Assembly: GCA_963693365.1 (NCBI GenBank) | Contig: CAVNZM010000004.1 | Coordinates: 14,444,524 to 14,508,523, forward strand | Length of the DNA stretch: 64,000 nucleotides | Direction: 5' to 3' | Source: Amoebidium appalachense | Lineage: Eukaryota; Protista; Ichthyosporea | Part shown: positions 25,096-38,282 of the stretch, in pieces | Position numbering within the stretch: the stretch's first letter is position 1 | How the letters are laid out: every line of letters starts with the position of its first letter | Notes under the pieces: model-generated | Databases searched by the model: none | What the model saw: only the letters and a program-made list of their open reading frames with translations | Told to the model about the DNA's origin: nothing | Made by a program: the position numbers and the translations under genes

Positions 25096-25134
<39 letters not shown>

Positions 25135-25156
25135 TACGTGTGTGTGCGTGTGTGTA

Positions 25157-25219
<63 letters not shown>

Positions 25220-25528
25220 TTGTGTGTGTGTATGTGTGTATGTGTGTGTGTGCGTGTGTGCGTGTGTGTGTGTGCGCGCGCGCGCGTGTGTGTGTGTGTG
25301 TCTTCGCGCGCACCTTTGCATGTGTAGCTTGGGGCATGCACTGACACCAGTGCGTGCGCGTCAGTACGTGCAGGTACGCATGTGGCATGGGGTGGGTTGG
25401 TGTCAGTGGGTGGCCGAGTGGTGGGTGGGGGGTGGTGGTGGGTGGTGGGAGCTAGGTGGGGGGGGGGGGGGAGGGGGGTCAGAATTTTGGTGTGTGTAAG
25501 TTGGGCGACAGGGGAGGGGGGCAGGTCG

Positions 25529-25613
<85 letters not shown>

Positions 25614-25701
25614 CAATATGGGTGTGTGTATGTTTGCGTGGATGAAGGGAGAAAGTGGGGAGGGGGGAGGGGGCGGAAGGGGGTTGGGGGGGGGAAGGGC
25701 A

Positions 25702-25751
<50 letters not shown>

Positions 25752-26989
25752 CAGGGAGGGCAGAGGGCGGGCGAAAAGGAGGGAAGGGGGGGTGCCAGTG
25801 TGCGTGCGTGTGGGGAAGAAAGGGGGCGGGGGCGGGGGGGGGTTCAGTGTGGCCGTATGAGTGTTGGGGCCGTGAAGGGGTGATGAAGCTCGATTCGTTT
25901 GTGCATGGGCAGGTCTGTTGCAGGCAAGGGGCAGGGGTTAGAGGTGTGGCGGGTGACGAACATGGCCGGAGCGGGTGATTTTGTTTTCTTTTTTTTATTC
26001 CTTTTCTTTTTTTTTTTTTGGCCGGGGGGGGGGGGGGGGGGGGGGGCAGTGGCGAAGAGAGCAGCACAGGCACTTGTGCATGTTACAATGTGTGCTGGAA
26101 TGTACCAGATGGTCTCATCAACCTAGGCCCAAGGACACCCAGTGATAGGCACACAAACATTGGGAAGAAGCTCTTCCCAGCAACGGGTTATTTCCATGTA
26201 GCCCACAGCACCTATATGGGGCATTTGTTTACCTGTATAAATTACACATATATGTGGGGTACTACCTGTATAACCCACATGTATATGAGATATTCACCCA
26301 TATAAATCACACATATGGGGTATTGCCTGTAAAAACCACACACACATGGGGTATCACCTGTATAAATACGCGTATATGGGGTATTTATTTACCACAAATG
26401 GGGTATTTATTTACCTATAGCCCAAATCACACACATATGGGGCATTTATTTACCACACATGGGGTATTCATTTACCATATATGGGGCATTTATTTACCTG
26501 TAGCCCTCGTCGAAGGGCCAATTGTTAAGCACCCAGCTGGCATGCAGGTCGACAATGTCCTTCACAAACACCCTGAAGGGGGGGGGGGGGGGTATGAGTG
26601 GATTAGAGGGTTGGAAATATGGTGGACACATCAAAGAACAAAATACAAAACGTCACAAAAATGAAGGGGGGTAGAATGTGCTGTAGAGGAGCCATTCAGG
26701 GGGAGTGAGGGAGGCTGGCAGGAAAGTAGGTTGTGGGGAACGGGTGGGCCTGAGGAGCAGAGGTAAGTGGATGGCACACAGGGGAGGAGGGGGGTGAGGG
26801 TGTATGCACGAGCGAGCAGAGAGAAAACAAAGGGAGATTGGGGTGGGGTGGGGTGGGGCCTTACTGTGTGGATTGGTCGTTCCTGAACTGCGTTTCTTGG
26901 TTGTCTGGGGCATGCTCACCGCCTATGGCCACCCACTGGTGTGTGCGTGCGTGCGCGCACGTGTGTGTGTGTGTGTGTGTGTGCGTGTG

Positions 26990-27038
<49 letters not shown>

Positions 27039-27072
27039 TGCGTGCGCGCGTGTGCGTGTGCGTGTGTGCGTG

Positions 27073-27123
<51 letters not shown>

Positions 27124-27620
27124 GCGCGCGCGTGCACGAGCTCATGCGTGCGTGTGTGTGTGCGTGTGTGCACGCGCACCTTGTGGACATGCACGTAAGA
27201 TACGCTCATTTGAGTGTGTTGGGTTTATACAGGTACGTGAAGGGGAGTTACACTTTCTCACTACCTCCCCTCCCCCCCCCCCCTTCCCCTTCTCCCCATG
27301 CCAGCATCACCAATCTTCCTCCACAGTTCCCTCTCAACCTGTCAGTATCCCTTAGACTTATCCATTAGTCCTACCACAACCCACCACCATCCCCAACAGA
27401 CCTAAATGTTCCTCCCCCTCCCCTCCTTGGCTTCCCCATGCCAAGGACCCACCTTCCATTTTTGGGCGGTGTTGGGGCCAGCCATGGCGTAGTTTTCCAT
27501 GGTGTATTCTTGGGTGGTCTTTCCAATGGAGTCATCGTGGTAGCCAATGCGAAGACCGGCAATGTCCTTGCCTGACGCTTGCTTGCACTGTGTGTGTATG
27601 CGTGTGTGTATGTGTGCGTG

Positions 27621-27689
<69 letters not shown>

Positions 27690-29447
27690 TGTGGTGTGCT
27701 TGTGTGTTGGTGTGCATACATGTAATTTTGTGTGTTTGTATGTGTGTGTGCGCATGTGTGTGCATGCATGTGTAGATGTGTGTGTGTTCGTGAGTGCGTG
27801 TGCAGCCGTGTGCACATACGTGCACTCTTGTTGGTTAGTGTGGTTTTATGTGCGTGTGTGTGTGCGTGTGCACTTGTGTGTGCATGTGCGCATGCGTGAA
27901 CGTGATTATCCGCACGTGTATACAATTGCATATGAGCTCGAGGCCGCGTTGTGTGTGTGCGCGCGCGCGTATGCCATGTGGTGCCCACACCCCAACATGG
28001 AGCATCGTGATCCAGATAGCATGTGAACACGTGCATGGGTGCATGTGTCCATCACTAGAATCCAAATGGTGTGCTAAACTGTCCCCCCCCCTAGCCCCCC
28101 CCCCTCTTCTGCACAAACACACTATCCCCCCCCCCTCCTCCTTCCCTCCATCCCATGCCCCCCGCTTGATCCCACCCACCCACCCACCACCACCACCGCC
28201 ACCTGTTCCCCCTCGGAAAGCTTGCTCTAGAACTTGGGTGGTAAAATTACGGAGAAGGAGGCAGGCAGGGATGCAGCAGGGAAGGAACACACAGGCGCCA
28301 CAAGACATAAAGAGTGGCAGGGAGGGCAGGGGCATTGCACCTGGTCGACACTGACAACTATCTGTGTGCGCTTGAATGCCCGGTCATACGCCCCCAGGAT
28401 GCGCATCTGCAACACCCAGTCACTATGTGGATGCCACTGCCTGCGCCACCCCACTGCCTGCACCACCCCACTGCCTGCACCACCCCACCCAGCCAACTGT
28501 GATGCTGTGCCCCTCCCCCTGCACCCACACCAATGCTCCACCACCCTATTTGCTAAAATGCAATTCCGGGTGTCCACACCACCATCCTAGCTGTGGGGTA
28601 GGGCCTAACCATGTGTCATGCCGATATGATACAAGGTGTGTGTCCAGGTCTAGATGCTAAGTGTATAAACGATACATGAGGTAACCAAAGGATAACAGAG
28701 ACTTGGTGGACAAGGGGGGGGGGGGGGGGGGGGGAGAAGGGGGGGGGGGGGGGGGGGAGGAAGGGGAGGGGGGAGGGGGGAGCAAGTAATAGGGCAATGC
28801 AAGCAGGTGGGTGGTGACCTGGACGTCTCTTCCGGGGAACATGTTGCGGTCATTGATGTCCATGTGCCACTCCCCCCAGAACCCAAGAAACCCCGCCTGC
28901 AGCCCAAAAACTCACTATCACCGCCCCCAGAACCCAAGAAACCCCACCTGCAGCCAAAAGAAGTCACTATCACTCCCCCCAGAACCCAAGAAACCCCGCC
29001 TGCAGCCAAAAAAAGTCACTACCACTCCCCCCAGAACCCAAGAAACCCCGCCTACAGCCAAAAAAGTCACTATCACTCCCCCCAGAACCCAAGAAACCCC
29101 GCCTGCAGCCAAAAAAAGTCACTATCACTCCCCCCAGAACCCAAGACACCCCGCCTGCAGCCAAAAGAAGTCACTATTACTCCCCTCAGAACCCAAGAAA
29201 CCCCGCCTGCAGCCAAAAAAAGTCACTACCACTCCCCCCAGAACCCAAGAAACCCCGCCTGCAGCCAAAGAAAAATCACTATCAATCCCCCCAGAACCAA
29301 GAAAGCCCGCCTGCAGCCAAAGAAAAGTCACTACCTCTGCCTCCCTCAATGGTCCAGCACACACAGGCCTTCATCCTCCCCCCTGCACATCTCTGCTTGC
29401 TCCCTTTTCCCCACTCGGGTTCATACACACAAAAGTGCAGCAGCAAG

Positions 29448-29488
<41 letters not shown>

Positions 29489-30928
29489 GCTTCCCGCGGC
29501 CAGTGCTGCCGCTGCCACGACCCACAACCACCAACAGTGCATCAATATTGCTCCGTTCGGAGTGGCCCAACTTCCACACACCCATCCAGAGCCCAACAGC
29601 TGTCTCTTGGGATCTCACCCCCCTTTCCCTCCCTTACTTGAGGGTGCTTATCACCACAAGCCCCCACATGCAAACACACGCTCAGCCCCAGAACACATTC
29701 CGAACCTTTGCCAAATGCCCTTTCCATGCCCTTTCCATGCCCTCACCTGAGGCCACACCCCCTTTAGCTAAAGAACACCAACCCACCCAGACCAACTCTA
29801 CTCAGCCTTAGGTGGCCGGGCTTCATCCTTACGCGCCAAAACTACACCTCACCCAACACTCTAAACGCCGCCAACCCTAAATAGCCCTGATCACCGTTAG
29901 CCCCAATCAGCCCCATTTAACCCCAGCCCAAGCACCCACCATGATTGCGGCTATGCGCTGGTCCCCGTCGTATCTGCGGCCCATCTCCTCGATCAGCGCC
30001 ACCATGGCATCGATCAGGCACGTGTCCGAATAGTCTGGAACATGCCGGTCAGTGGATGCACGTGCCAGGCATGCACGTGGGCACCATGTCTTGGCCCTTG
30101 CATGCCTGCGAGCTACGTGAAAAGCAGAACATGAATTTGTGCCATTGAATGTAAGAGCGGAAGGTACACGTACTGGTGTGCACTTGCCTGTCCCTGTCCG
30201 TATCCGTAGGTGTGTGGGCATAGCCAAATTATGTATGCTGTGTGCAGGTGTGTATAGTGCATGCATGTATGATGTGTTCATGTGTGTTTCTGCAGCCATG
30301 TGCGTTCAGTGCATTTCTGTATTCATGATGCGTGCATCAGATGCATCTGTGTGGACACACAGCCGTGCGTGTGCATTAGTGTGCGTCAATCCTGTGCACT
30401 CTCGTGTGATGCGTCTGTGCCATAGTGTCAGACTTGGGTGCACTTCTGTGCCATTGCATGCCTGCAGGTGGCCTAATATTATGTTTGTGTGTTGATGCAT
30501 TTTTGGTTGTGGGCGTGTGAGTAGGGTAGTAATTAGTTGGGTGACTGGGCAGTTGGGTGGGTGGCTGATGGGGGTGGTAAGAGTGGGTGGGTGGGTGGGT
30601 GGGTGGGGGGGGGGGGGAAGGGGGGGAGGGGGGAATGGGGTTATAGAGCATGAGGTTCACACGGCGGACAACATACGGGGGAGGGAGGGAGGGGGTGGAG
30701 GGAAGGGAGGTTCGCTGTGTACGCGTGTGTGATTGTGTGGGTGTGCGAGCATGTGAGCCCATGTGTACACATGTGTGGCCTACCCGGGTAGTAGCCTGTG
30801 TCTCCGTATGCTTTGTACTTTGTGACTTTGCATTTGAGGAACTCTGGTGGCTTGAAGTTGGGCTCGTTGGGATAGTCCACAATTACCTAGGCACCCCAAC
30901 ACATCAGTCACCACCCCAAATAACCTCT

Positions 30929-30973
<45 letters not shown>

Positions 30974-31577
30974 CCCCGCCCCGCAAAAAAAAAAAGAAAG
31001 AAAAGAAAAAGAAAACTTAACCTCCCCGCAAATGCATTGCGTCCCCAAATCTATACGTTCAAGGCACATATCAACACCACAGCCCCTTTTCCATTTTTCC
31101 TGTATCATTTCGGTAGTTGTTCCTCCCCTCACAAACACGTCATTCCTCCCCTCACAAACATGTCATTCCTCCCCTCACAAACTGCCAACCAAACCAGAGC
31201 TGCCTGCACATGAAGCATACAGAGCAAAGTGTGCTTGCATTCGTGTTACTTTCTCATGTCACCACAATCCCCCCCCCCCCCCCCCCCCCCCCTTTCCGGG
31301 ACGAAATCCCTGCTTCCGACCTCTCCCCTTCCAGCCCCACCCATTGCCATAAAATAACAAATGGAAGGTATTGGTCTCGCACACCGCCTGGTGTCTTTCA
31401 AACCCTGGAGCTCGGCAAGGGCAAAGCCAAGCCAGCCTTCCCATTGTCACTACACGTGCTTTTCTTTGAGTATTCCCGACATGGCTTCACTGTGTTTTTG
31501 CGGACTTTCCCATTTTGCTGGCTCGCAGCTGCCCCTCTGCCCCCCCCCCCCCCCCCCCCCCCCTCTCCCCACCCTTC

Positions 31578-31658
<81 letters not shown>

Positions 31659-31840
31659 CTTCTTGCTTCATCTGCCCCTTGCTGCCCCTGCCCCGCTCGC
31701 CCCCACCAGCCACACCACTATGGCCCGAAATCACCCCATCACCCTCTAGATCGTGCTCAAAGCAGGGTCTAAGGTCGGGTCTGTTCTCCTTCTGTTACGA
31801 CTCACCCACAAACCGTATGATTATATTATTCACACACACA

Positions 31841-31887
<47 letters not shown>

Positions 31888-32594
31888 GCGCACACACATA
31901 CACATATTTACCCACACATAGAAAGGGACAAAAATACACGGGCATAAGCAGACAAGCCTGCCCCCCGCCCGCCCGCCCTCCCGGCCGCCCGCCCACGCCT
32001 GCACAATTACACACACACGTGCATAAAGAAGCACATGCACAAGCACACACACGCAGACGCAACCGCGCGGACACACACGTACCCTGAAGACCCCCTGGTG
32101 GTTTCTGCTCTTGACGTTGTTCAAAAACTCCTCGACCTTCTGGAACGTAAAGTTTGTGCAGCAGCGTCGGTGGTGGTCGCCTGTGGAAGAAAACGGGTAC
32201 GCACCCGGGTAAGAACAAGGCCCAAGTGGATGGCTAAAGGAGAAAATTCCGAGAGCGTGCTCGTGTGCATATGCACGACTCAAGAGGTGTGTGCTGAGCA
32301 TAGGCATGACATGGGTCCGATAATGTAGAATCTTGTGTCAACATGGAGCATTAGCCACCGGAAAAAGACCATGAACGCATGGGGGTTAAAAAACGAGGGG
32401 ACAAACCACTGCTCACCTTGCACGAGGTCATGCATGGAGAAGTAGGTGTACTCGAGCGTGTGGGGGAAGGGCTTTGCGGAGTCCGTCTCGTAGGCCATAA
32501 ACCCGCGCAGGGGGTTGGTGTCTGTGATTGTGGGGTCGAAGGCAAGGTCTCGTGCCCAGTAGATGGGGCCCGGGGTCGGGGGAGGTGCTGCCAT
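23645..32594 (-). CDS. DUF4832-type putative glycoside hydrolase (TIM-barrel, clan-A-like); exons 32594-32417, 32180-32083, 30886-30784, 30034-29940, 28896-28819, 28406-28341, 27587-27453, 26935-26865, 26572-26498, 25097-25031, 24601-24460, 23802-23645
   Basis: Ordered motifs NPLRGF, FR|[53 protein letters not shown]. All 11 introns are GT..AG and phase-compatible. The family assignment comes from motif recall, not a search. Confidence 0.8.
28867..29333 (-). repeat. 51-52-bp tandem array x9 made of the splice acceptor plus the first ~29 nt of exon 5
   Basis: Plus-strand CTGCAG/CTACAG at 28897, 28948, 29000, 29052, 29103, 29155, 29207, 29259 and 29311. On the minus strand each is followed by GCGGGGTTTCTTGGGTTCTGGGGGGAGTG or a close variant. 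Confidence 0.95.
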
Positions 32595-34684
32595 GGTGAA
32601 AAGAGGCCAATGTTTGGAAATGAAGATGCTTATTGTTTCTTACTCAACTTTACTTGTTTGTGGGGAGAGCGGGGTGGGCAGTTTGAGTGGGGGGGTAAGG
32701 TGGGTATGACAAGGGGGGGTCGAAGACGAGAATGCGGGCTGGGAGGAAGAGGGCAACACCACGCCGCAGCAAAGCAGGATTCTGTATGCGGAGTGTGTAG
32801 GCACAGTATGTGTGTGTGTTGAGCAGCAGCGTGTGCCTGTGTGGTCAAGTTTGTGCTAGGCGAGTACTGATCATTAGTTTACCGGCGCGACACTGAGAGA
32901 GAAGGCTCTCAAAGTGTAGGCAAAAACCCCAAAAACCCTCCAAACTGAGTCTGGCTCGGTGAACTTAGGCGACGACTCGCCGAGATCGAGGCTCAGGCAC
33001 GGCGGCTTTGAACACCTCAGGCTCTGAGGCTCACGGAACTCCCTTGCGATGATTGGTTGAATAAAAACCATCTCTGCAGAATTACCTTGTATGGCAGATC
33101 GGTAGCCATATTTGGGCTCGAGAAGCAAACAATTGCGCCAATCAGATAGGGGAGAGGGGGAACTCCCGAGTCCGTCTCCCAAGGCCCAACTTGCCGCCCA
33201 AGGGGGGGGGGGAGGGGGGGAAGACTTAAGTGCTTGGCTGTGTTGACTAGGAAATCAAGCAAAGTGGTGAACTCTGCAGCTGAGGGCCGGTGAAGGCTGC
33301 AAGACGCGGTTTTCGTCTGCACAAGCCCCGTATACCCAGCCGTCCAACCCTATGCAGTGCTCCAGTTCTGTGAGGTGCTGCAGGGATATATGCCCATGCA
33401 CAAGCTTACGGACCAGTGATGGGATTCAGTGTAAGGTGATGTATTTCTTAGAGATGTCCCTGGGTTAACAGGCTTTGCCTTGCGTGGAAATTTAAAACAG
33501 ACCGACGAAAGCAATCAAACACGCAGGGCCTCATAATGGAGTCAAGACGCACCCAGCGTCGTCAGTCCCTCCCCCGGCCCCCACAACCACCACCACCACC
33601 AACACCACCACTATGTGCACCACCACCACCCACCCGGCCACCCGGCCACCCAAAACCCCCACCCCACCCCAGCACAGACCACCCCACCCACCCCATCCCT
33701 ACCCCACCCCACCCCACCCACCCACCCGGTGGCACCCACAAAAGAGGAGTCGGAGAGGCGAACTCGTTTCCCAGCCAATGAGCGTGAACAGAGTGTGCAT
33801 GTAAGCTCACAGTGCTAGCAGAAAAAGCTGCCGAAGCCTCATGCACAACCTTATAGCACTCACCATCCCAGTACCCCACGTGGTAGCCCCACTACTTCAG
33901 CGCTGCCACGGGGCCACGATAAGGAACCCCACTCAGTTCAACCGGCTGCTCACAGCTAACTTGATTGTATAGTATTTGATTTCAAAGTGATCACGTGAAT
34001 GAAGCACCACCCGAAGACGTCGCAGCCGTGTTGTGTTGACAATCAAGGCAGCATCGCACATGTTTCGCTCAGGCGGGCAAGATTGAATTCACGAGCGGGG
34101 CTCATGATTGCAGTTCTGGCCGGCTTGTAGTGCCTTCACTTGTAGGCCTTCAGGAGCAAAGCTGTAAAGAGCACAGTTCCCGTCCTATTTTCTGAGAGAA
34201 TGAATTCACAGTAGCTGTGGGAGTTGTCCTTACTCGAAAAACAGCAAACACGGATGACAAGGTGTTATTTTTTGTTTTCATACTGGATCTTTAATAAGAG
34301 TGCACAGATATAAAGGGGAAAAAACCGGTCTACTTAAAGCCACCAGGGGCTTAGAAGGTGCAAGAAGAAACTACGATTAAAACTAAATTTCGCGCGTCAT
34401 ATATCCGTCTAAACTTTACAGCCGAGTGCATATGCACAAGGAGTAACTGCACCACGCCAATTTTGCCCAAAGATAAATACTACTTGTGACAAATATAGTC
34501 TTTTCATACATTATGGAGCAATAAAGCCATTAGCACCAAAACCTATGGAGCTCAATAACTTCAATGTTAACAATATAAAACAAAAGAAAAAATAGGAATA
34601 TGGGTACAAAACATTTTCAGCCTTCACACATCAGAAGAGTTCATTCATTCAGTTGCTTCAACACCACGTGTAAAAGCAGCACAG

Positions 34685-35254
34685 TCAGAGTCCATCATAG
34701 CCAGCCACGGGGTGCCACCTCAGCTCCCACACCCTCGACCGCAGCCCACTGCCCCCCTCTGTCAGCTCCTGCACCACCGTCAGCCTCATGGTCCCTTCAC
34801 TGCGCCCAGCAAGCCGCGGAAACGACACCATGTGCACACATTGCCCGCCAGACCCGTCCACCAGGCCGCAGTCACTGACAGGCAGGGCATCAACACAGCC
34901 AGCAGCCATGCCGCCCTCCATGGAGTACTCGGCCCACACGTGGCTGCTGCAGTGGGGAGGCTGCAGCGTGCACACAGCCGCAACCCACTGCTGTCCGTCG
35001 GCCGAGGGGGCCACACTCAACAGGGACACGGGCGAGGCCCCGCGCAGCACGTCCGTTACAGTCGGCAGGGGCCCGTCTACGGGCTCCACACACACGGCCA
35101 GAGGCTGCCAGGCCGCGCACGGTAGGCGCCTGCGCTTACGCTTCATTATGGGCGCACATGGGTCATATACCCGTGTCTGCACGAGCACGTGCCCAGGCGC
35201 CTCGTCGGCAAAGAACACGTGTTTCTTGCTGTTATTGTCGCGTCCCATATTCAT
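34685..35254 (-). CDS. PP1 regulatory (glycogen-targeting PPP1R3/Gac1-like) protein with a divergent CBM21-like region; intronless
   Basis: KKHVFFADEAPGHVLVQTRVY matches the KKxVxFADxxGxxLVxVxxF PP1-docking signature. It is a GC-rich 189-aa ORF. Confidence 0.6.
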   Translation of the reverse strand: MNMGRDNNSKKHVFFADEAPGHVLVQTRVYDPCAPIMKRKRRRLPCAAWQPLAVCVEPVDGPLPTVTDVLRGASPVSLLSVAPSADGQQWVAAVCTLQPPHCSSHVWAEYSMEGGMAAGCVDALPVSDCGLVDGSGGQCVHMVSFPRLAGRSEGTMRLTVVQELTEGGSGLRSRVWELRWHPVAGYDGL

Positions 35255-36605
35255 AATAACTATTAATTGCTCCCCTAATTAGTGCTGAGTGGTGATGCAG
35301 GACAAAACGAGCAGTCCCGGATGTGAGTGTGTTATTTGATGTTTTCGATGTTTTCGATCGTAATCTAATCTGGCCTTGGAACTGGCCCTGTGACTCTACA
35401 TAGCAAATACCAAAAAGAAAGGCAGAAACAGCTTAGTCTACTGCGTCAACTACCGTTATTTTCACCATTCTCCACCCTATCCTCTTTCACCATACATACA
35501 ACAACATCCATGCCCCATGCCTGTGCTTTACATACGCCACTGATGCTTTTTCGAAGCAAAGGCATGGAAACTGGAAAGGCTGGAAGGTGCCACAAAAACA
35601 TTCCAAGAGTTGCCTTGCAAATGCAGCGTGTCATTATCGTGACTTTAGCTGCTATCATACTATGGCACAATCAGCCATAAAGTAACCCAAGGGTCATCTA
35701 AAACGATCTAAAACTTTAATCCACCAATCTGCAGAGAGGCTCATGAGGACACGAAACTGAAACACCAATAAGCTCAGCACTGGCTTTTCTCCTGAACGGC
35801 CAATCAGAGTATTTGGCGCCGAAAGCCACCCAAAGAAGACCCATCGGGCCATCATGATCATCCCATGTCATCAGTGACACAGAGCAGTCTGACACGTGTG
35901 TACTGTGCAATGCATGCGCGTATGCACGTATGGGTGTGCACGTGCGTGCGTGCCCTCATGTGCATGTTTATGTGTGTGTGTACTGGTGTGACGGGGTGCG
36001 CGCGTGCATGTTCGTGTATGCGTGTTGGTTCATATATGTGTGTGTGGAGAGACGTGTGGAGAGGGTGGGCCCCGAGAGTTGTGTGGGGGGCCGGAGATGC
36101 GCCTTTCCTGCATTCGAAAGGACGTTATGTGCGAGTTTTCCAGCAAATGTGCGCGCGTGAGCATAATTCGAGCTGTTTGTGTATGCGTGGCGGCGTGCGT
36201 ACCGTTTGGTGTCGCTGGTCTGCAGAAATGGCCCCATGCATATGGTTAAAATGGCTTATCTCCACAGGCTCCCGTGTGCATGCATTGACAAAGTACATAT
36301 GCACGTAAGTGGTGCTATATTAGTGTGTCTGCCCGACACCACTTAGAGACTGTTTATTACGTCTCGGAACGTGCACGTACAAGTAAAAAATCTTTCTTGC
36401 CCTCGTCAGAACGCAGAGTGTCGTGAATCCAGCCAGTTTATGTACAAGGCAACACTTGAGGGCCATTACACGAACACACTGCACTAATACACTACATTAC
36501 CACCACTAATTCATGACCACCAATAGTTTTAGTCGGACAACTATAGCACAACTACATACATATATACATTCAGAGTTCGGGTAGTAGGGTGTGTGTGTGC
36601 ATATG

Positions 36606-36638
<33 letters not shown>

Positions 36639-36680
36639 TGATGGTGGTGGTGATCGTGGTGATGGTGGTGGTTGTAGTTG

Positions 36681-36727
<47 letters not shown>

Positions 36728-37042
36728 GAAAGGGGGGATAGAAAAAAACAACGGACGTTTCTTTATCTTGCTAAGGCTGGGGTGCCCCTCGAATAATCTA
36801 GGCCAGGTCAAAGGTGTTGACACCTGAAAGTTTGTATGGGCGAGGTTGTGGAGGTACTATATTTGTTACGGATCTATGTTGGAGTTGAACGTTGAGTCTG
36901 CGCAAGCATGTGCATGCGTATGTGGGGTCCGTTCCAGAAACGTCTGTCACACAGTGTTCACGTGTGCTTAGTCTAGCACGACGTGTTATGTGGGCACGTA
37001 CCTTCATACCTTTCAGGTAGGCCACACCGTATTCCATCAGCT

Positions 37043-37768
37043 CTAGTCTGCCCTCTTTCCTGCCTTCAAATATGTCCACAAGCCCAATATCCGCCCCACC
37101 GGGCGGGCCTCCTCCTCACTGAACGACAGCAGGAAGATGGCAATTATGCCGTCGTTGAGCCCACAGGCACCCAACACGTGCCACCAGGCGTGCAGCTGCG
37201 GGTTGAAGGGCAAGCCCCGCACGGCTCTGCAGGCCGCAAAGTCCACTATCCAGAGTGCAAACGCCAGACCCCCAAGCACGGCCGCACGTGTGGTTAGTGC
37301 GAGCACGTGCGGCCGGCCTGCCGACTCGAGGCGGTACTTCTTGAGGGTGGCTAGGACGGTGGCAAACAGGTGCAGCTCACAGAACACGGCCTCAAACAGC
37401 AGTATGCCCGCAGCCACGGCCACCCAGTGCGTGAGCATTCCGGCAAAAGACCCCTCTTTGCCCATGTACAGCATGGTCAGCAGGCTTATGTTCTCAAATA
37501 TTTCGTCTGCCTTCTGTCCTGACCACCACAGGGTTGCATGGAAGAAGGCCGACGTGGCGCCGGTCATAAAAACTGCAAAGGCCAAAAAGTGAAACTTGGC
37601 GTCCCGGCGCGTTGCTACGGCGTAGTACCATGTCTGCAGGCCACACAGGCAGAAGACCACGTTGCTGATGGTGTTCCAAAACTCGGCCACGCCGGGGTGC
37701 ACGGCATAGTTGCTCTCGCACCAGTCAATAGGCGCTGTGGGTGGCCCCCAACGCCCGATTGCGGGCAT
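37043..37768 (-). CDS. Alkaline ceramidase (CREST superfamily, ACER/Ypc1-like); intronless
   Basis: IDWCESNY..AEFWNTISN, SAFFHATL, ADE and LHAWWH motifs, plus multiple hydrophobic segments. Confidence 0.92.
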   Translation of the reverse strand: MPAIGRWGPPTAPIDWCESNYAVHPGVAEFWNTISNVVFCLCGLQTWYYAVATRRDAKFHFLAFAVFMTGATSAFFHATLWWSGQKADEIFENISLLTMLYMGKEGSFAGMLTHWVAVAAGILLFEAVFCELHLFATVLATLKKYRLESAGRPHVLALTTRAAVLGGLAFALWIVDFAACRAVRGLPFNPQLHAWWHVLGACGLNDGIIAIFLLSFSEEEARPVGRILGLWTYLKAGKRAD

Positions 37769-38282
37769 AACTGCGTGCGTGTCTTTCCAATCACGAGGGT
37801 ATATTGTGGGCGCTATATATCTTGTTAACCTGTATGCGGCTGTCGGTATCTTCTTTTACTTACTGCGACGGAAAGAGCGTTAATTTTTTGAGCAGCACGA
37901 TACGACAGTACGAGACACAAGAAGCCTGTGGCCCCGCTGAGAAGCGACATGTGCCGCTGAGATTTTTTACGCGCCAAAGCCAAATTCTTTGGCCGCAAAC
38001 AATAACACCAAAATAAAACAAATGCAAACAAATTAACAAATGTTATCTATTGGTGTAGAATGGACGCCAAAGCTTTTAGGCTCGCTAAATTTAAGGTCTG
38101 TGATTTAGGTCATGGCTGCTGGACCCCTGTTTAGGCTACACTGGAAGTGTTTCTCGGCGAAGGCCTTTGCGCAGTTTTTGTGCAAAGTTTTGAAATTCTT
38201 TTTCCTAACCAAAGGCCTATCCTACTCAATCAGCCTCAATCCAGCACCCATCCGCATTCACCCTACAAGCCACTTATCGAAA

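Noticed and set aside
28867-29333. CRISPR-like appearance of the regular arrays (also 12466-12772 and 43715-44570)
   Set aside because: The units are contiguous tandem repeats without unique spacers, there are no cas genes, and they sit in eukaryotic introns.
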